A stretch of 64,000 nt of DNA from Gnetum montanum (taxonomy: Eukaryota > Plantae > Gnetophyta). The first letter of the stretch is position 1, and every line of letters starts with the position of its first letter. Where the stretch lies: positions 653,158 to 717,157 of the forward strand of contig MNCI01001083.1 of NCBI GenBank assembly GCA_015680685.1, given 5' to 3'. Positions 46,301 to 60,716 of this stretch are shown here, piece by piece. A program made the position numbers and the translations under genes. Under the pieces are notes generated by a model that made no database searches, was not told the origin of the DNA, and saw only the letters and a list, made by a program, of their open reading frames with translations.

Positions 46301-47705
46301 GATTTTCTTCTCTTCCATCATCCTTGGAATTTCTTGGTAAGGTGGCTTGTATTGTAATGTAGTCATGGTTTATATTGTACATTTGTAATCTCTCTACATT
46401 GATCTTATCATCTGTCTAGTTCTTCTCTTTGTATCTTGAGATTTAAAGCTATGGGACTAGATTTACCAAATCATGGGGATATGATGAGGTATCCAATGAT
46501 AATTTATAAGTCGATTAGAAGTCCTAGATTAAGAAAGTGTTTCACATGCCCTTTGTTTGTAGTCTAGCATGTTTGGTTAAGGTTGTTTGTCTTCCAAGAT
46601 GTATCCTAGCCTTCTATGTCACACTTTGAAGTTTTGTGCATGATTCCAAGCTCCTTACAATTTTTTTAGCTTCATTCGAATGTTCTATGATCTCTTTGGC
46701 ATGCTTTCTCAAATTTTGGCTTTCACTTGAAATCCATATTAAAAAGTATAACTTTATGATGGGTGCATTGACTATCCTACATTAGTGCAAGGGCATCATT
46801 TGACCTCTTACTTGTCCAAATTTAAGCTAAAGTGCCAAAGATATATTTTGATTGGATAATGCTCCATTGATAAACCTCCATTTATGCTTAGACATTGATG
46901 AACCTCCTCTGTTTTCCCACAAAAACTATCAATACGTAGGATAAGTTCTCACACATATCTTATGCATAACTTAGATTTCATTTGGGCTTTTGACATTTGG
47001 ATTATATGAAGAGCTCTTCCTTCCTTGGGTAACTTTATTTCTTTTCTTGTCTTATGTATGTTTTGAGTCATCACTTTCACATGTGCAACTCGACTCTGTC
47101 AAAGTGCTACCTTGCTTACATAGCTTGGACTTGTTTGGTTGATGCAATTTATAGTGTTTTCATGGTGAATAAAGCTCATGGTTTTCCCTTGTTTCACCAT
47201 TAATACATTAAACATAAAAATAACAAAAATATTTATTTAATTTCTTTTTGATAGGGCTACAAAGATTTATTACTTGCCTAAGAAGGTCACAAGTATATGG
47301 TGCATGGTGTTGGACCATTGAGATTATGACTAAGAGCTATTTTATTGCATGTTGTGTGTGGTGTTGTACTGTCTCCTTGATGGATTACAACACAAGCATT
47401 ACCTTTATCCTTAAGTGGGATTGCAAAGTGTGTGTGTTTAAGTTTGTTTTATTCTTATAGTCATAAAATCTATAGAAATTATAACATATAAAATAGTAAA
47501 TATTTCTCTCTCTATCTTTCACTATGGTAGTACATGTTTTATTGTATCATATGTATTATAATATCTTTCATATTTCTTAAACATAATGATATACATGAGT
47601 GTTCTTGGAAATTTAGTTAACATTGTCTTCAAAGCTTATGGCCAAATTGCACTACATTTTGTATGATATAATCCCATTGGCCCAAAATTGGTAGGACCTC
47701 TATCA
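40359..47705 (+). mobile_element. Athila-like element 3, older, gag-only, non-autonomous
   Basis: LTRs 40359-41592 and 46482-47705 (TGATGAGG...CTATCA), perfect TSD TCATA, PBS TTAGCATCATTTCCAGGGA and PPT ATCATGGGGA. A gag relic at ~41750-43500 (ELQGFKHDW*KLHLCP) is homologous to elements 1 and 2. No RT or IN motifs. Confidence 0.9.
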
Positions 47706-48267
47706 TCATATTTTTAGTTTATTCTAAAATTATAGAATAAAATATAATATGAAAATAATAAAAATGTAACTAAAATAATAATAGTTGACCACCACCATCC
47801 TTTTAGTCTATCCATACTTAGAGACAATAAGAGTTAGTAAAGAGAATTACAAAACAAACCCAAATAAAACATAGAAGATAAAAGAATATAAAAAATACCA
47901 AAATATCACATGTGAAATACCTCATGGAAAACTTCATGTTGCAATTTAAAGGTCGATAGCTCAAATTTCAATTGTAATTTGGTGAAAATAAAGACAGATA
48001 CCATTGCCCTATTTTCCCAAAAGTCCTATATTGTGGCATTGTACCAATAGTTCCGAGGGATTTCTCAATGTAAAAATGATATTTTTTGTTCACAAGCTAC
48101 AAATTCCATGCATCTTAGGTCATGAAGGTCAAAAATTCCTCATAGGAAATAAGTGTCATGTTCTCTAGCTTTTGTAAGGATAAAGAATGCTCCACAAGCT
48201 GCAAATTCTATGTAGGCTAGCTGTAGAAGCTACTGAGGCTTCATAGGCTATGAAATTTAACATATTT

Positions 48268-48590
48268 ACCTCATATGATGGGCATCTCAGCCCCACATGA
48301 TAGGTAGCATGTGGGACCTAGGCATCTCCACATAATGGATGATGTAGCTCCACACGATGGATAGCATGTGAGATTAGTGTGTGGGACCTAGGTAGCTCCA
48401 CATGATGGAGGATGTAGCTCCACATGATGGGCAACATGTGAGCTTGGTGTGTGGAACCTTGGCAACCCCACATGATGGGTGATGTAACCCAACACAATGG
48501 ATAGCATGTGAGGTCAGCGTGTGGGACCTAGGAAGCTCCACATGATGGGTGATGTAGCCCCACATGATGGGTAGCATGTGAGATTAGTGT
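48268..48590. repeat. 70-bp tandem repeat (~4.5 copies) with internal CCACATGATGG subrepeats
   Basis: GTGG(G/A)ACCT(A/T)GG occurs at 48311, 48381, 48451 and 48521, an exact 70-bp period. Confidence 0.9.
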
Positions 48591-48719
48591 TTCATGACTC
48601 ATTAATAGGATATCCCTCCCCCTTTGCAAAGTTTTTTGATTAGGCAAGGAGAGGGGAGTGTCTTTCTTCCACACTCATTTTCTTTGAATTGTTTCTAAAT
48701 CTTCGCAAAGATGAGCTAT

Positions 48720-49490
48720 GGGAGGTTAATGGGGAATTTTCCACTTAGAGCAGAACATGCATAAGCAGAGAAGGTAGTGATCTTGCTTGGCCTCATCATT
48801 GGAGTTAGGTGGTAGGCCATAATCCTGAAGTAGGCCCTCTCTACCTTAGTAAGTGCATTGTACTCCTTACGGACCACTCCATAACATCATTGGATGCATT
48901 CCTTTTTGACATTAGGGCCATCTTGTGTAGAGATCTCCACCAAAGTTACCCAACTATCAGGTAACCTAAGGACCTCTGTAATGGCCTCAACCAAATAGGA
49001 CATGTTGATGTTCTTGATCTTCACCATGGTATTTTCTTGTTAATTATTCCAAAAGAGGTAAGTCTCTCCCATGTACCACTTCCCACTAGAAGTGATGATG
49101 GGCCACATGGAAGATCCTTGTAGTTGTGTCTTCACCTCTTCTGATGCCAAGTCCAAGAAGGAACCAAAGTTAAGTTTCTAGAGAACCGCACTTTGGACCT
49201 CCTTAGAATGAATTTTTCTCAAGCAGGCCTCAATCAAGATGACCTCCAAATTTGGTCTAGGCCTTGACACCTTGTCTCGCCTAAATTGGCCTATTTCCAC
49301 GGTGAGAAGCTAATGAACAAATTCTACTTTGGGCTTCTCTTGAAGAGGTTCCATGGCATGTGTTTCTGCTTCTCCTTCTTGCAGTTGTTATGGCTGCTAG
49401 TCCCTTTCCCTTCCTAGAAACTTCTCCTATGGTGAGGATGGTCCTTCTTCTAGCAATCTCTTTGGCATCATTTATGATCAAAAACATAAC
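48720..49490 (-). pseudogene. Accessory retrotransposon ORF relic resembling the putative plant transposon protein / Athila env-like family
   Basis: ..GSSMWPIITSSGKWYMGETYLFWNN*QENTMVKIKNINMSYLVEAITEVLRLP resembles the W..LVREFY.N...V.VRG..I.FS.EAINE.L.LP pattern; matched by eye only. Confidence 0.4.
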
Positions 49491-49864
49491 CAAGGATTAT
49501 CATTTTATGTGTAACTTATAACACTTTGATAACTTGTCCCATTTGGCTAGTTATATTTAGGATTGTTTGTGATCATGGCATATTGATTATTTTAATGTTA
49601 TTTTATTATAATGGTTATCCAAGTTTGTTGGTGAGGCTTAACTTAAGCAAATTAGTGATATTTAATATTATTTTATTAGTTAAACCAAGTGGGCATTAGA
49701 AAATTCCAAAATAATTTTTGTCAAAAACCATAGGTTTGTGACTTATGTAAAGCTCACCTCCAATAGCTACAAGGTTGAAGAACGAGTTGATTTGGACAAG
49801 CAATTAGGAAGTTATGGGCTTGGAAAGGCTCTAGGCTCTAAAAATTGCAAAAACATCCCTTTAG

Positions 49865-52800
49865 TGATGAAGCAAATGTGAAAAATTTTCTAACTCTCGA
49901 TGCATTTATATACTATTTCTATGTCGACAAGGATCGATTGATGGAAATACATCGACAGGGATTTGTTGATGGGGATGCATCAAGAGGGATCTGTCGACGT
50001 AGCTGAAAAACAAAAATTTTCATAATTAAATCTAAGTATGGAAAAAGATTTTTTTCATGAAATTGGTATCCAAAGAAATCTAGAAAATCCTAGAATAAGG
50101 AAAAATGCTTAAAGAGGGCTAGGAATACATTTGGAAAAGATATTTAGTAAGAGCTTTATTGCCAAGGAATGTAAAAACTAGATGCACCAAGGTGGAAAAT
50201 ATAGGTTTTGAAAGAAAAATGTCTAAGGGATAAGGAATTTAACCATTCCAACCAATGTGTATACATGTGGGTCCTTCTCATAGTAGGATCATGCCCTAAA
50301 TGCCCTTGCATGCCCTCAACCCAAGGAGTCCATGGGCCCTAAGGGTGATTAATGATTGTGGATTATTAAAAATCAAATCATTGGAGAAACCATCAAAGAA
50401 TTAAAACTATATCAAATTGAACCCATTGAGATAATCATAAGAAAAGGTAGTGAGGTGATACATGGAACAAGCAGGTAGATGAGAGAGACAAAGGATGGAA
50501 TGGAGTCCCATATGTTGGTCACATGAAGTTCATTGTGGAAGATGTGATTAATATGACCTAATAGCATTCATCGATAGTCAAAATTAAGATGATACACTTC
50601 TAGTGACTTTGCATTGGCACACTTAGATCATTCCACCCCCTAAGGTACAAGAACATCCCCATAGACCACTCATAATTTCAAAGAAAGAAGAAAAGAGAAG
50701 TAGGAATTGAAAATGGCCTTACTTAGAGGGGTGCCTTCAGGCATGGGTAACATGTCTTTCCAACTCCATAACCAATGCTTAAAGCTTGTTATTATGTCTA
50801 AATGATGTTCTTTGAATTTCCATTATTTTTTTTCTTTTACCAATGGGAACCATACCATGCCAAGACATTGCTTTCAATTTATTGGTTAACATCCATGGAA
50901 ATACTCATGCAAACTTAGATGGTAGGTAGGTACAAAAGATGAAAAATCCCCTTGAAGCCACTATAACCATCTAGAAAACTATAGTAATTATGCCCCACGA
51001 TGGTATCTATCACATGGTCTACAAATGGTAATGGAAAGTGATCTTTGTAAGTTTTCATATACAATAGTTTGAAGTCTATATAAACTCTCCATTTTCCTCC
51101 TTTCTTTGGCACAATAACAAGTGGGCTAATCCACTCACTATTTACAATGGGATAAATAAACCCAACCTTGAGGAGTTGTTCAATTTTCTCCTTGAAAATT
51201 TACTTGAGCTTTGGGTTCAATCATCATTGTGTTTGCCTCTTTGGTTTGATGGAAGAGTCTATATATATTCTATGCTAACATATCCTTGGATCAATTCTTG
51301 TTAACTCATGATATGACCAAGAAAAGGCTCTTGGCCATTTATTCACAACTTCCAATAATTTCTTCCTTTGTATTGGAGCAAGTGTAACATTGATAATGAC
51401 TGGCATACCATTTTTTAAGAAGATATATTCCATTCCTATTAGTAGAGCCTTCAGCTTAAGGGGCCCTTGATTAAAAGTTTTAGGGATCTCCAACTCTCCC
51501 CAATTGATTTTTCTTTGTTCATCAAAGAGTTGGTGATGGATCTGCTCCAACTTATCAATGTTTGCTACATATGAACTTATGAGGCTCTCATCTAGTTCCA
51601 TACACATTATTGATCTAGCCTCATTTTTAGTTGTCAGCCACTGAGTGTCTTCCTATTTAGTGGCTACTACATATAGTCACATTTGAATTTCTATAATATT
51701 TGCATATTTACTACATGCCTTAAGTGATGTGCTCTTGATGGTCCATAGTTTTTGCACACAGTGGCACCCTATGTCACTATATGTGATGCATGAAACTCTC
51801 TTCTTCTTAATTTTTCCAAATTCATTTTCCTTGGAAATTTGTAAGGAAAGGTCTATGATCCCCAACTATGCATCTATAGTGCTTATCCATTCCCTTCCCA
51901 TGATGATAGGGAAGTTCCCTTTGCTATTCTTCACATGGATACCATAAAATTAGTAGGATATGAGCATCCATAGATGGTGATCATTATGTCTTCCACTAAT
52001 TCCAAAGGAACAATGATGGATTGGTCTACCAACTCTAGTCTAATGTTTCTCTTTTTTTAAAAAAGGTACATTCTAATCTTTGTACATTTCTTGTGAAATC
52101 AAGTTAACTCTAGAACTTTAGTCCAAAAAAGCCTTACATGGTTCATTTTTGGAAATTTGTAAATAGATAAGAGGACTCCCAGGATCATATCTATTTCTAA
52201 GAAGATGGCTAACTTTAATCCAATCTATGACAGCATGGGTCAACATGACAATGTACAACTGGGAAGCAATTTGGTTTGAAGATTGCTTGATAGCAATTTT
52301 AGAGGAGTTAGTAGCAAGGTTAATAACCATAAGTATTTTTGAGGGCTTTGTGAAGCTGTTGGTTTTAAAGAATGATCATTTTCGAGGCTTAGATTTGTTA
52401 ATCACTCAACTAAGGAGCCGTATATAACTTTACAAGCCTTGTAGCATTCCTCTACTATGGCTGGGTAGGTATCTCACCTTACATGGATGGAGCAAGTGGT
52501 AGAGAAGCTGAAGGTGGAGGTGTAGGAGTGCAAGAGTGTTGAGGAGAAGGATAGTAGGAAAATGGTAACTCCTCCCTTGGTGATTTTTATCTGTAGTAAT
52601 TAGAAGAAGAATAATGATATGGGAAGGAATCATGATTGGAAGAGTCATGTGGAGAGATGGGCTACTGAATGTAGTATCCATATAGATCTAGTTGGTGATA
52701 AGGGTATTTCTACCTTGGAGGTGGCATCCTCCATGATTGTGGATGTTTCCACTACTAGTGTTGTTCCTAATGTTGAGGTGGTGCTCTAGTTGAATAGTAA

Positions 52801-55800
52801 GCTTGTTGGTGGAACTATTGCCAATAGTTGCCTTGGGGATAAGGTAACCTCTTGGGTGCTTGCCATTTTGCCACTCTAGGATTTAGAGCATATATCCTAG
52901 ATTCTTGTAGGTGTGACAAGATAGGGCAACATCCCTTGGGATGTTCATATTGAAAAATATCATACCCATCATCATCAGTTTCTGAATCTACAACCTCCTC
53001 TACTACTACAGCTTTTTCCATAGCTTTATGATATTCACTTTCAACCTCCTTCTTCTTTCTTCACTCATGACCACTACCTCCTTGACCTTTACTTTCCAAT
53101 GCAATCTTTACAATAGTTTGAAATTTTTCATCCAAGGAGTCCCACATTTTATCAACCTTAGCTAAAATTTTAGTAACAAATTTTTGGATCAACAAGGTTT
53201 TCCTTTGCATCACTTCATCAAGTGGTGCCTCCTCATTTTCATAGAAACAGAGCTCCCTTTTGTGGATGGAGGGGTCCTTGTTGTATTCCTCTACCCTTTC
53301 TCATTTTTTCAACTCTTCGTCCTCTTTGGACACTTGCTCAATGAGCCTTTGAATTTGATGGATCCTTAGCTCAGAAAGTCTCCCTTGGGCATAGACCCCA
53401 AGGGTTCTCCTTGTTTTAGTTTGAAGCTCATCTATGATATGGCATAGTATATCCCATTAAGAGTATCCATGGCCTAGGCAGCGGTGCAACAAAGAGTAGT
53501 ACCTATGCATAGCCACATCTAAGGACTCATGAGTGCCTTGTTTTTACACTTGGACTTACCTCCTCAAATTGGACACTCTGGAGTATGTTTGGTACTTGTT
53601 ATTAAATAAGTCTAGCATCATACTCCATCGCCAAATAGATTCCAATTCCAAGGGCTAGTATCATCTTTCATCTTCTTTGATGAGTGTCCTTGAAATAGTT
53701 CCAAGGGCTAGTATCATTTTCTACATTCTACAAGGCATAGACATCATGAAAGGCTTGTAAGTGAATTTATGGATCTAAATTGTATTCCCCCTCAAACTTG
53801 GGAATGTTATTCATATCCACCTATTTAATGCGACTATCCTTCATGTACTTGGTTGGAATTTTCATAGCCTCTGAAATGTTTAACATGTTTTTGGTGGTCA
53901 ATAGGGGCTCATCATAGTCATAGCAATCTCTATGGCCCCTATCTTGGCTATGATGCCTATGATGAGTTCTACTGTCCCTTTGTTCTCTGTATTCTTCATC
54001 CCTTGGTTGTCCATGCCCACAATCTTTGCGGTCTCAACAAGATCTAGGATCATCCCTATCCCGTATTTATCTTCATCATGATTTCTGTTGCCTCTACTTC
54101 TCCTATTAGAGTTGGAGGAGTAAAATAATGAGGATGTTGATGAAGGCAAAGAGGGAGGAGAACCAACACTAGAATGATGCCTACTACCCCCTCTTCATTG
54201 ATCCCTATCCTGATCACCATGTTTGTCTCTCTATTGGTTCTTGTCGTTGTTCTTACCTTGATTACCACCTTTTGAGGCCCCCTGATCTTGAGACCTGTTC
54301 TTCCCATAATCAAGATTATCCACAATTAACTACAACCATTGGTTAAGGGTATCCTTGTCAAGAAGAGGAGGAGAATCTCTGTATTGGGAGGCACCCAAAA
54401 AGAAGTCATCATGTTCTTTGTGTGTTTGGATGGACAAGTAAGCAGAAAATTTTTTATCTTTTGAAGTCTCATATCTAGCTTCCATTTGCCGATCTTTCTT
54501 TCATTGTGCTTTTGTGGGATGATAATCCCAATAAGCATGGTCATGAACCTTGTACTCTACATTGAGTCTGGCAATGCCCAACTTGATAAGACTATTAAAC
54601 AACACTGCTAGAACATATCAGTCGAGCGGTAACACACTGTTGCCTTCCATGTCCCTCCGTTATAGCTACGCATCCTGATGTAGGATGAAGGTGAAATCCA
54701 AACTGTAGGCATTTGGATGAGTATAGATCACTTTGAATTGTTGGGACACTTGTATCTTTTGGCCTTCTTGCCTTTGATTGGATTTTTTTAGGAATGGTGA
54801 TGGAGAGTCTTCCCTGCAAAAGGAAGTCATATCAATGATTGTGTAGAAATAATGTGCATTGGTTATTATTCTTTACCTTAATGTTTTTAATTTTTGATTC
54901 CTTTACAACATTGTTAAAGGTTTTTACTATCATTTCTATGTAGCACACTTAAATAACTAAAGTCCTTGGCAATGATGACAATGATGAGTAGCCAGTAATC
55001 CTGTTGCCCAACCATACAAATCACAAGCATTGCACTAGTGATCCAATAGAGTTCCATGGATTTTAGCTCTTCTAAATTCATAACAACCAAGGTAGTGACT
55101 TAAGGATGTGATCATTGTCTTCTTGGCTTCACTTGTGTAAGTGCAAGTGTATGGTTAAGTGTAAGCCAAGGCACATGATTTTTATTGATTTTATATTTTA
55201 TTTGATTTAATCCAAGTAGGAACAAAATAATCAATTATGAATTAATCTAATAAACTACTTAATGTCTTAATCTACTTCCTAACATAAGCATCCAGGCCCA
55301 CGTTTCGTGCACATCTTGAACTTGTTAAGAATGATGCTAGGTTATTAAGTGTTAGGCTACTAGGTGAACCAAGTGATAACACTGCTAGGATTACCAAGTG
55401 TTAACAGTATGTTCAAGGTAGTTGTACTTGTGTGTATTAATTAACCAAAGACATGAATGTAAAGTGCACAAAAGTAAACATTAATCTATTCTTAAGTGCT
55501 ACAAGGGGTTCCAAGAATCTTGTCTTTATTGTCAGCACATCAAAGTGTTTAGGTACATTGATGCTCAAATAAGAATTCGTACAATCCTTGAAGTCCTATT
55601 GTGGACACTTGAAAATATTCTAACTTTCACAAAAATAAACTGTAAGAACTTAGCTACTCTATTGACTTAACAATGCCATAAATGTGATGGGTACATGCAT
55701 TTATATAGGTAGAGATAGACATTGCATCGATGCATATGCATCAATGCATTGACCCATGCATCAACAAGGACTTGTCAACACATGCCCATCGATGCAGCCC

Positions 55801-55816
55801 ATTGCATGATTTATCA
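49865..55816 (-). mobile_element. Athila-like element 4: 5' LTR, gag, PR and partial RT, deleted into the 3' non-coding region; 3' LTR missing
   Basis: LTR 54982-55816; PBS TTGTCATCATTGCCAAGGACT (54961-54981, minus); gag/PR at 51680-54820 homologous to element 2. RT PKKGGKWRVYIDF..YSFLDGYSG stops near 50955 and joins the homologue of element 2 at ~30870. Confidence 0.85.
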
Positions 55817-55819
55817 AAC

Positions 55820-58800
55820 CTCAAAGGTATCTCTTTCTTTTTCTACTTAGACTACTATTCTAAATGTTTTATTTATCAAAAAATGATTTTTTTTCTTATC
55901 AATGACATGGATTGTAAGATAAATGCTAAGCTTGAAAATTTAAGGATGGGGACTTCCTCCCCTATATCTCAATGTTAGTTTTATCATGGTTGAGAGTCAT
56001 GTAGATAAACTTGGTGGTCTACCTCCTAATATTTCTTCTCAAGGAAAAGAACATTGGTGCAATTTCAAAGAAAAATATTTTCTTTCTAATATTAGCTTTT
56101 TATTCCCATCTCATTCAAATGAGAAGTATGTACTTAGTATAGTTATTAACAAGGAAATAATAGACTTTATTATTGACTTAATAGAGTTTACATCTCTAAT
56201 ATTTTCTTTTCAAAGCTTAAAAGAAAAGTAGAAGTGCATACAAATGCTACTTTATTAGATTATTTTCTTATTAACATTTTTCTCTCTAGAATTAATTATT
56301 CATCCTTTCAAAAGTATGATTTTTTTTATAACACCAATATGTTTATAGGACCTAGTAGAAAAACTATTTTTAAGTCTTTATGGAATTCAGAAAAATTCCT
56401 TCTAATAATATTGGTTAAATTCAATGATAGTAGAAAACTACTTATAGAGTTAGAAATTATGCTAGATGGTCTAGAAAGTAATTTACTAAGTGTAAGCATT
56501 AAGTTAAAGAAGATCTTTCAAAATTTGTACAATAAATGAAAATTCTTTTAAACTAGAATCCCTTTGATTTTGAAACTCAAAAAGCCTTGGTTAAAGCTCA
56601 TTATGCTAAACAATGTTGAGATACTTTTGAAGCTAAAAGTGCTCTTCCTAAAAGTAGCATGGTTAGCTAAAAATCAAAGATAAACCTTGCAAGAAATTTT
56701 TAAATTTCTAAAAGGAAAGGGTCATGTACCTAAACCTAGATCACTTTATATAAATAATTCCATCATTAAAGTTCTTGAGACTATTAACAAGGTTTTAACA
56801 AATCATTTTCTTCTAAAAATGTTAGCAAGGAATTCTTTGAGGCTCTTATTACACATCATCTTATAACAAAATTATATCCAAATATTCTTAAAGTAGAAAT
56901 TACAACAGAAGAAATCAAAGAAGCTACCTTTAGTTTAATAGATGGTAGAGCTCCAAGCTCTAAGTTTTGATGGTTTTCCTATCAAAATGTTCAAGAAGAA
57001 TTGGAACATCATTTAAGATTATCTCTTTCCTGTTTTCTAAGAATTCATTAAATATATTTATTTTGGTAAAAATATTAATGAATATATTATTCATCTTCTT
57101 CCTAAGAATGGATATCTTTAACATATTGGTAATTGAAGGCATATTACTCTTCTTAACAATACTTATAAATTTTTAGCTAAATGCATGGTTTGCTAAATTT
57201 ATAAGATTATTGAAGATATCATTAAACCTAAGCAAATTAGTTTTGTTAAAGGTAGACATATCTTAAATAATGTTTTTACAACTTAGGAGGAAATGCAGTG
57301 GACTTTTAATCCTAAGAGATTACTTTTATTAAGTTAGATTATACCAGAGTTTATGGTAGGATTGAATGAAATTTCATTATTTTTTATCATTATAAACTGG
57401 GATTGGGGGATTATTTTATTCATCTTATCCATACCTTATTCACTAATGCTAATACTCAAGTTGCTACTAATTTTGGATCAAGTTTTTCCATTTCTCTTCA
57501 ATGGTTAGTTCATCAAGGTTGTCCTCTAGCTCCCTATCTTATTATTATTATTATAGAGTTTCTTTTATATAATCTACCTTATGATCTACAAAGGAATTTC
57601 ATTAAAGAAATTTCAATTGATGATCAAGACATGCAATTTTTCAACATGCACTTTGTAGATGATTCTTCTTTTATGATCAATAGTTCTTTGCAACATATTA
57701 ATACTCTTTTAGCAAAAGTGTAGAATTATTGCATGTTATTTGACACTTAGATCAATTAACAACAAAATGCTATTTATTGTAATGCTAATATTAATGATTA
57801 GGTGACTCTCAAGCCTTGGAAAATCTTGAGAAAAAAATTTTCTTTAAAATTTTAGGAATACCATTTTCTTTTGAGACTAATCTTACTATTTTGTGGAATT
57901 ATGTGGTTGGTAAAATTTTAAAGAAGCTTGATAAATGGAAAGAAAAAAAAGATGACCCTTATTGACAAAGTTTTAGTTAGTTAGCAAACGCTTTAATCAA
58001 CTCATGTTTGTTACTCTAGTTGTTGAGCTCCTTCTAAAACTTCTTATGATAGAATTGATTATATTATTCATCGATTTCTTTGGTTTGCTAAGCAACATAT
58101 AAAAGGTTGTTCTAAAGTTACTTGGAATATTTGCACTAGTAGTAAGAAAGATGGAGGACTTGGTCTCATTAATTACTATAACTAGGGTATTTCTCTCGCA
58201 AAAAAAATGAATTGTAAAGTACATTAATAGAGAGGATGTTTGGATGATCCTTTTAAGAAATTAACTTATGCAAGAAAAACTTAAGAATGATAATACTTGG
58301 TCTTTTAATAATTTTTTTTCCTTAGGCCATTTCTATTCATGGTTCTCCAATTCTTTAAAAAAAAATTAGAAAACATAGTGCAAGCTTAGTAAATATTGGA
58401 ATTACAATCATATTAAAATTTTAGCATATATGTTTAAGTAAATTAGCCCATGGTAGCTTCCTTTTAATGAAAAAGCTTGGGCTAGTAATACATTTAGACG
58501 GATTACTTGGGAATAAAACTTCTAGCCTCTATGGTTTGAATGGAAAGAGCAAAAGAATTTTAAAAAATTAATTTCTAGTTTTGAGAATTTATTTAAACTT
58601 GACAACCCAAATATTTTTTGAAGAATGATTTTATTCATAACAAATTCAATAAAACCTGGAAAATGCAATTATCATCCCACTTTTAGATAAATGAAAATGG
58701 ATATCCAAAACTTGTAACAATTCTCAATCATACATCAATGAATTCATTCTTGGTGATTAATCGCATTATCTACTTTATTTTTTTGTATTTGGAATTGTCT

Positions 58801-58900
58801 TTGACCATTTGTTCTCTATTTTATTTGGAAGTTTCAATGTGTAGTATTTTTTAGCAAGAAGAGCATAACTATAACTTGTCCTTAGGTGTCAAATACCAAA
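55820..58900 (+). mobile_element. L1-clade (Tx1-like) LINE ORF2 relic
   Basis: EIKEATFSL..GRAPS..DGFPIKMFKKNW, KQISFVKGRHILNNV, QGCPLAPYL, HFVDDS (FADD-like), KILGIPF and KEDGGLGL motifs in order, with many stops. Confidence 0.85.
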
Positions 58901-59758
58901 TTCTCAAAGATATTTCTTTTCAACCACAACTTTAAGCAAATAAGCTCATAGTGAGAGTTAAAATCATTAATTTGTTTTCTATAGTATTAATTGTTTTTGT
59001 TTTGGAGACTCAATGATAGGAATCTTTAAGCTTTTGTTGCTATTTATTCTTTATTTCTACTTAATATATTCTTTTTTCTTTAGAGAGTGTTTTCCCCTTC
59101 TCTTTACAAGAAGCTTTTTAATAAGAAGTGAAAACCTGAAATGGTGCTTCTAAATATAGGTAGGTCCTGATCTTTTTCCTACCTTTCAGGGGTGGTTTAA
59201 TTGGTTGTAAGGATGAAAACTTGAAAAGACATCCTTAAAACCATTGAGCTTTTTCTTTAGATTCTCTCTTGGATGATACATTAACATGAATTACATTTAA
59301 AATGTAATAATAACATAGAGAGTACTGGCCCGGGAGAACCATTAAAGCAAAATTTGCGACCAAAATATAGCTTCTGTTTTAAACATATAAATATACGTTC
59401 GAGAAATGTATGTTGACTTTAGTTTGAAAGTACAAACGAAAGCATTACATCAAAGATTTCAAGAGACACCGCAAAACGTGGCCCATCACTTGGTGATTCA
59501 AATTGAAAGATGAAACCAAAGCAATACATGAAAAATCACAAAATCCACCACGACAATTCCAAAATCTCCCTCAAAACCTAGTTCATCATCCCTTCGTGTG
59601 TCGAATTGAAACTTGAAACCAAACCGGTAATTAAGAGTCGCAAAAACTACCACCACAACTGCTTCAAAGTGGATGACTTTGCGCGACTTTTTAAAAGTTA
59701 CTAAAAATGACCAAAAGCAGAAATCCGAAGTGCCAACCCATCAGTGAAGTCAATTTAT

Positions 59759-60716
59759 TCAGGGAGTTACAGAGAATCGAAAGGGCAGGAAATACATGCT
59801 GATGCGATAATAAGGGTCCCTGTGGCTTTTGTTACCAGGTAATCCCAAGTAGCGATACGAGGGCAATTGCAAGGCAGCATTATTGATGTGAAAGGGAATA
59901 AAGGTGCCACCATTGTTGAGGTCGAACCACTGCAATATTGTGGCGTTCTTACCCTTTCTGTCATAGCGGCACATCCATAACCTGCACAACTCCTCCTCCT
60001 CCTCCACAGCAAAGCCCACAGAGCTTCTGCTTCTGCTCTCCACCCTGAACGGAATAGAGTTCCAGGGGGGCACCTGCCACACTGGCTGCCAATTCATATT
60101 ATTGAGGTTGAACCACTGCACAACATTATTATTATTGCTGTTGCTGTTGTTTTTGTTTTTGAGATCCTCCTGCGTGAGTGGAATCATGCGTGATACAGTG
60201 ACATGGCCTGCTGTGCCACCCCATTTGATCGCGTAAAGATGGCCTTTACAGTCGAGGAAGGTGCAGCCTACATGCTGGGGTAGAGTTAAATCTATTGACA
60301 CAAGGAACTCTGGATCCCCCACAACAAAGAATTGGCTGTTCGCAGCGCTTACCTGGCGATCAGTATCTTCATATACCTCTGGCGGACGCCAGCTGCCCTG
60401 CTCAGAATCGTAAAGGTAGGTCACCAGCAAGTTGTTGAATTTCAACACCAACCACGCCTTGTATTTGAATTCCCCCACAGCAGTAGTAGTAATGCCTCCT
60501 GCTGCTGCTGCTTCTGCTTCTTCTGCTCTTGTGCTTGGCTTCACCCGGATCTTGCCCCACATGCTGCAACTGGAGACACCAATAACACCAACGTAAGTAC
60601 TACCATCCATGAGAAAACAGCAAGCGTCCATGTTGCATGTGCAGCTTGGAATAGTGTATTCTATCTGGCTACGGAATTGAAGTGAGACCCACTGTTTTAA
60701 AGGCAAAAAGCTGAAG
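59759..60716 (-). CDS. Probable terminal exon of an F-box / F-box-associated-domain gene
   Basis: Intact 315-codon GC-richer ORF with FKYKAWLV..TYLYDSEQGSWR and a F.PFRFSVTP* end typical of plant F-box C-termini. In-frame phase-2 acceptors at 60716 or 60710; the exact acceptor is uncertain. Confidence 0.65.

Larger units (their letters stand above)
11235..47912 (-). mobile_element. Outer Tekay/Del-like gag-only (TR-GAG-like) LTR element hosting three nested insertions
   Basis: The 3' LTR (~11235-11513 + 25307-27540) is colinear with the 5' LTR (38692-40358 + 47706-47912) once insertions are removed. PBS GTTAGTATCATAGC at 38677-38690; Tekay-type PPT context ATCTTTGACAATAAAGATTCCTTAAAGATGGTAG at 27541-27575. 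The internal region is about 1.2 kb and holds only gag. Confidence 0.75.
47913..49860. mobile_element. Probable LTR fragment of another gypsy family interrupting the Tekay-like 5' LTR
   Basis: Homology to the sister LTR stops near 47912 at TG(TG)AAATACC. The segment contains a 70-bp tandem array and an antisense ORF relic. The right boundary is not resolved. Confidence 0.4.
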
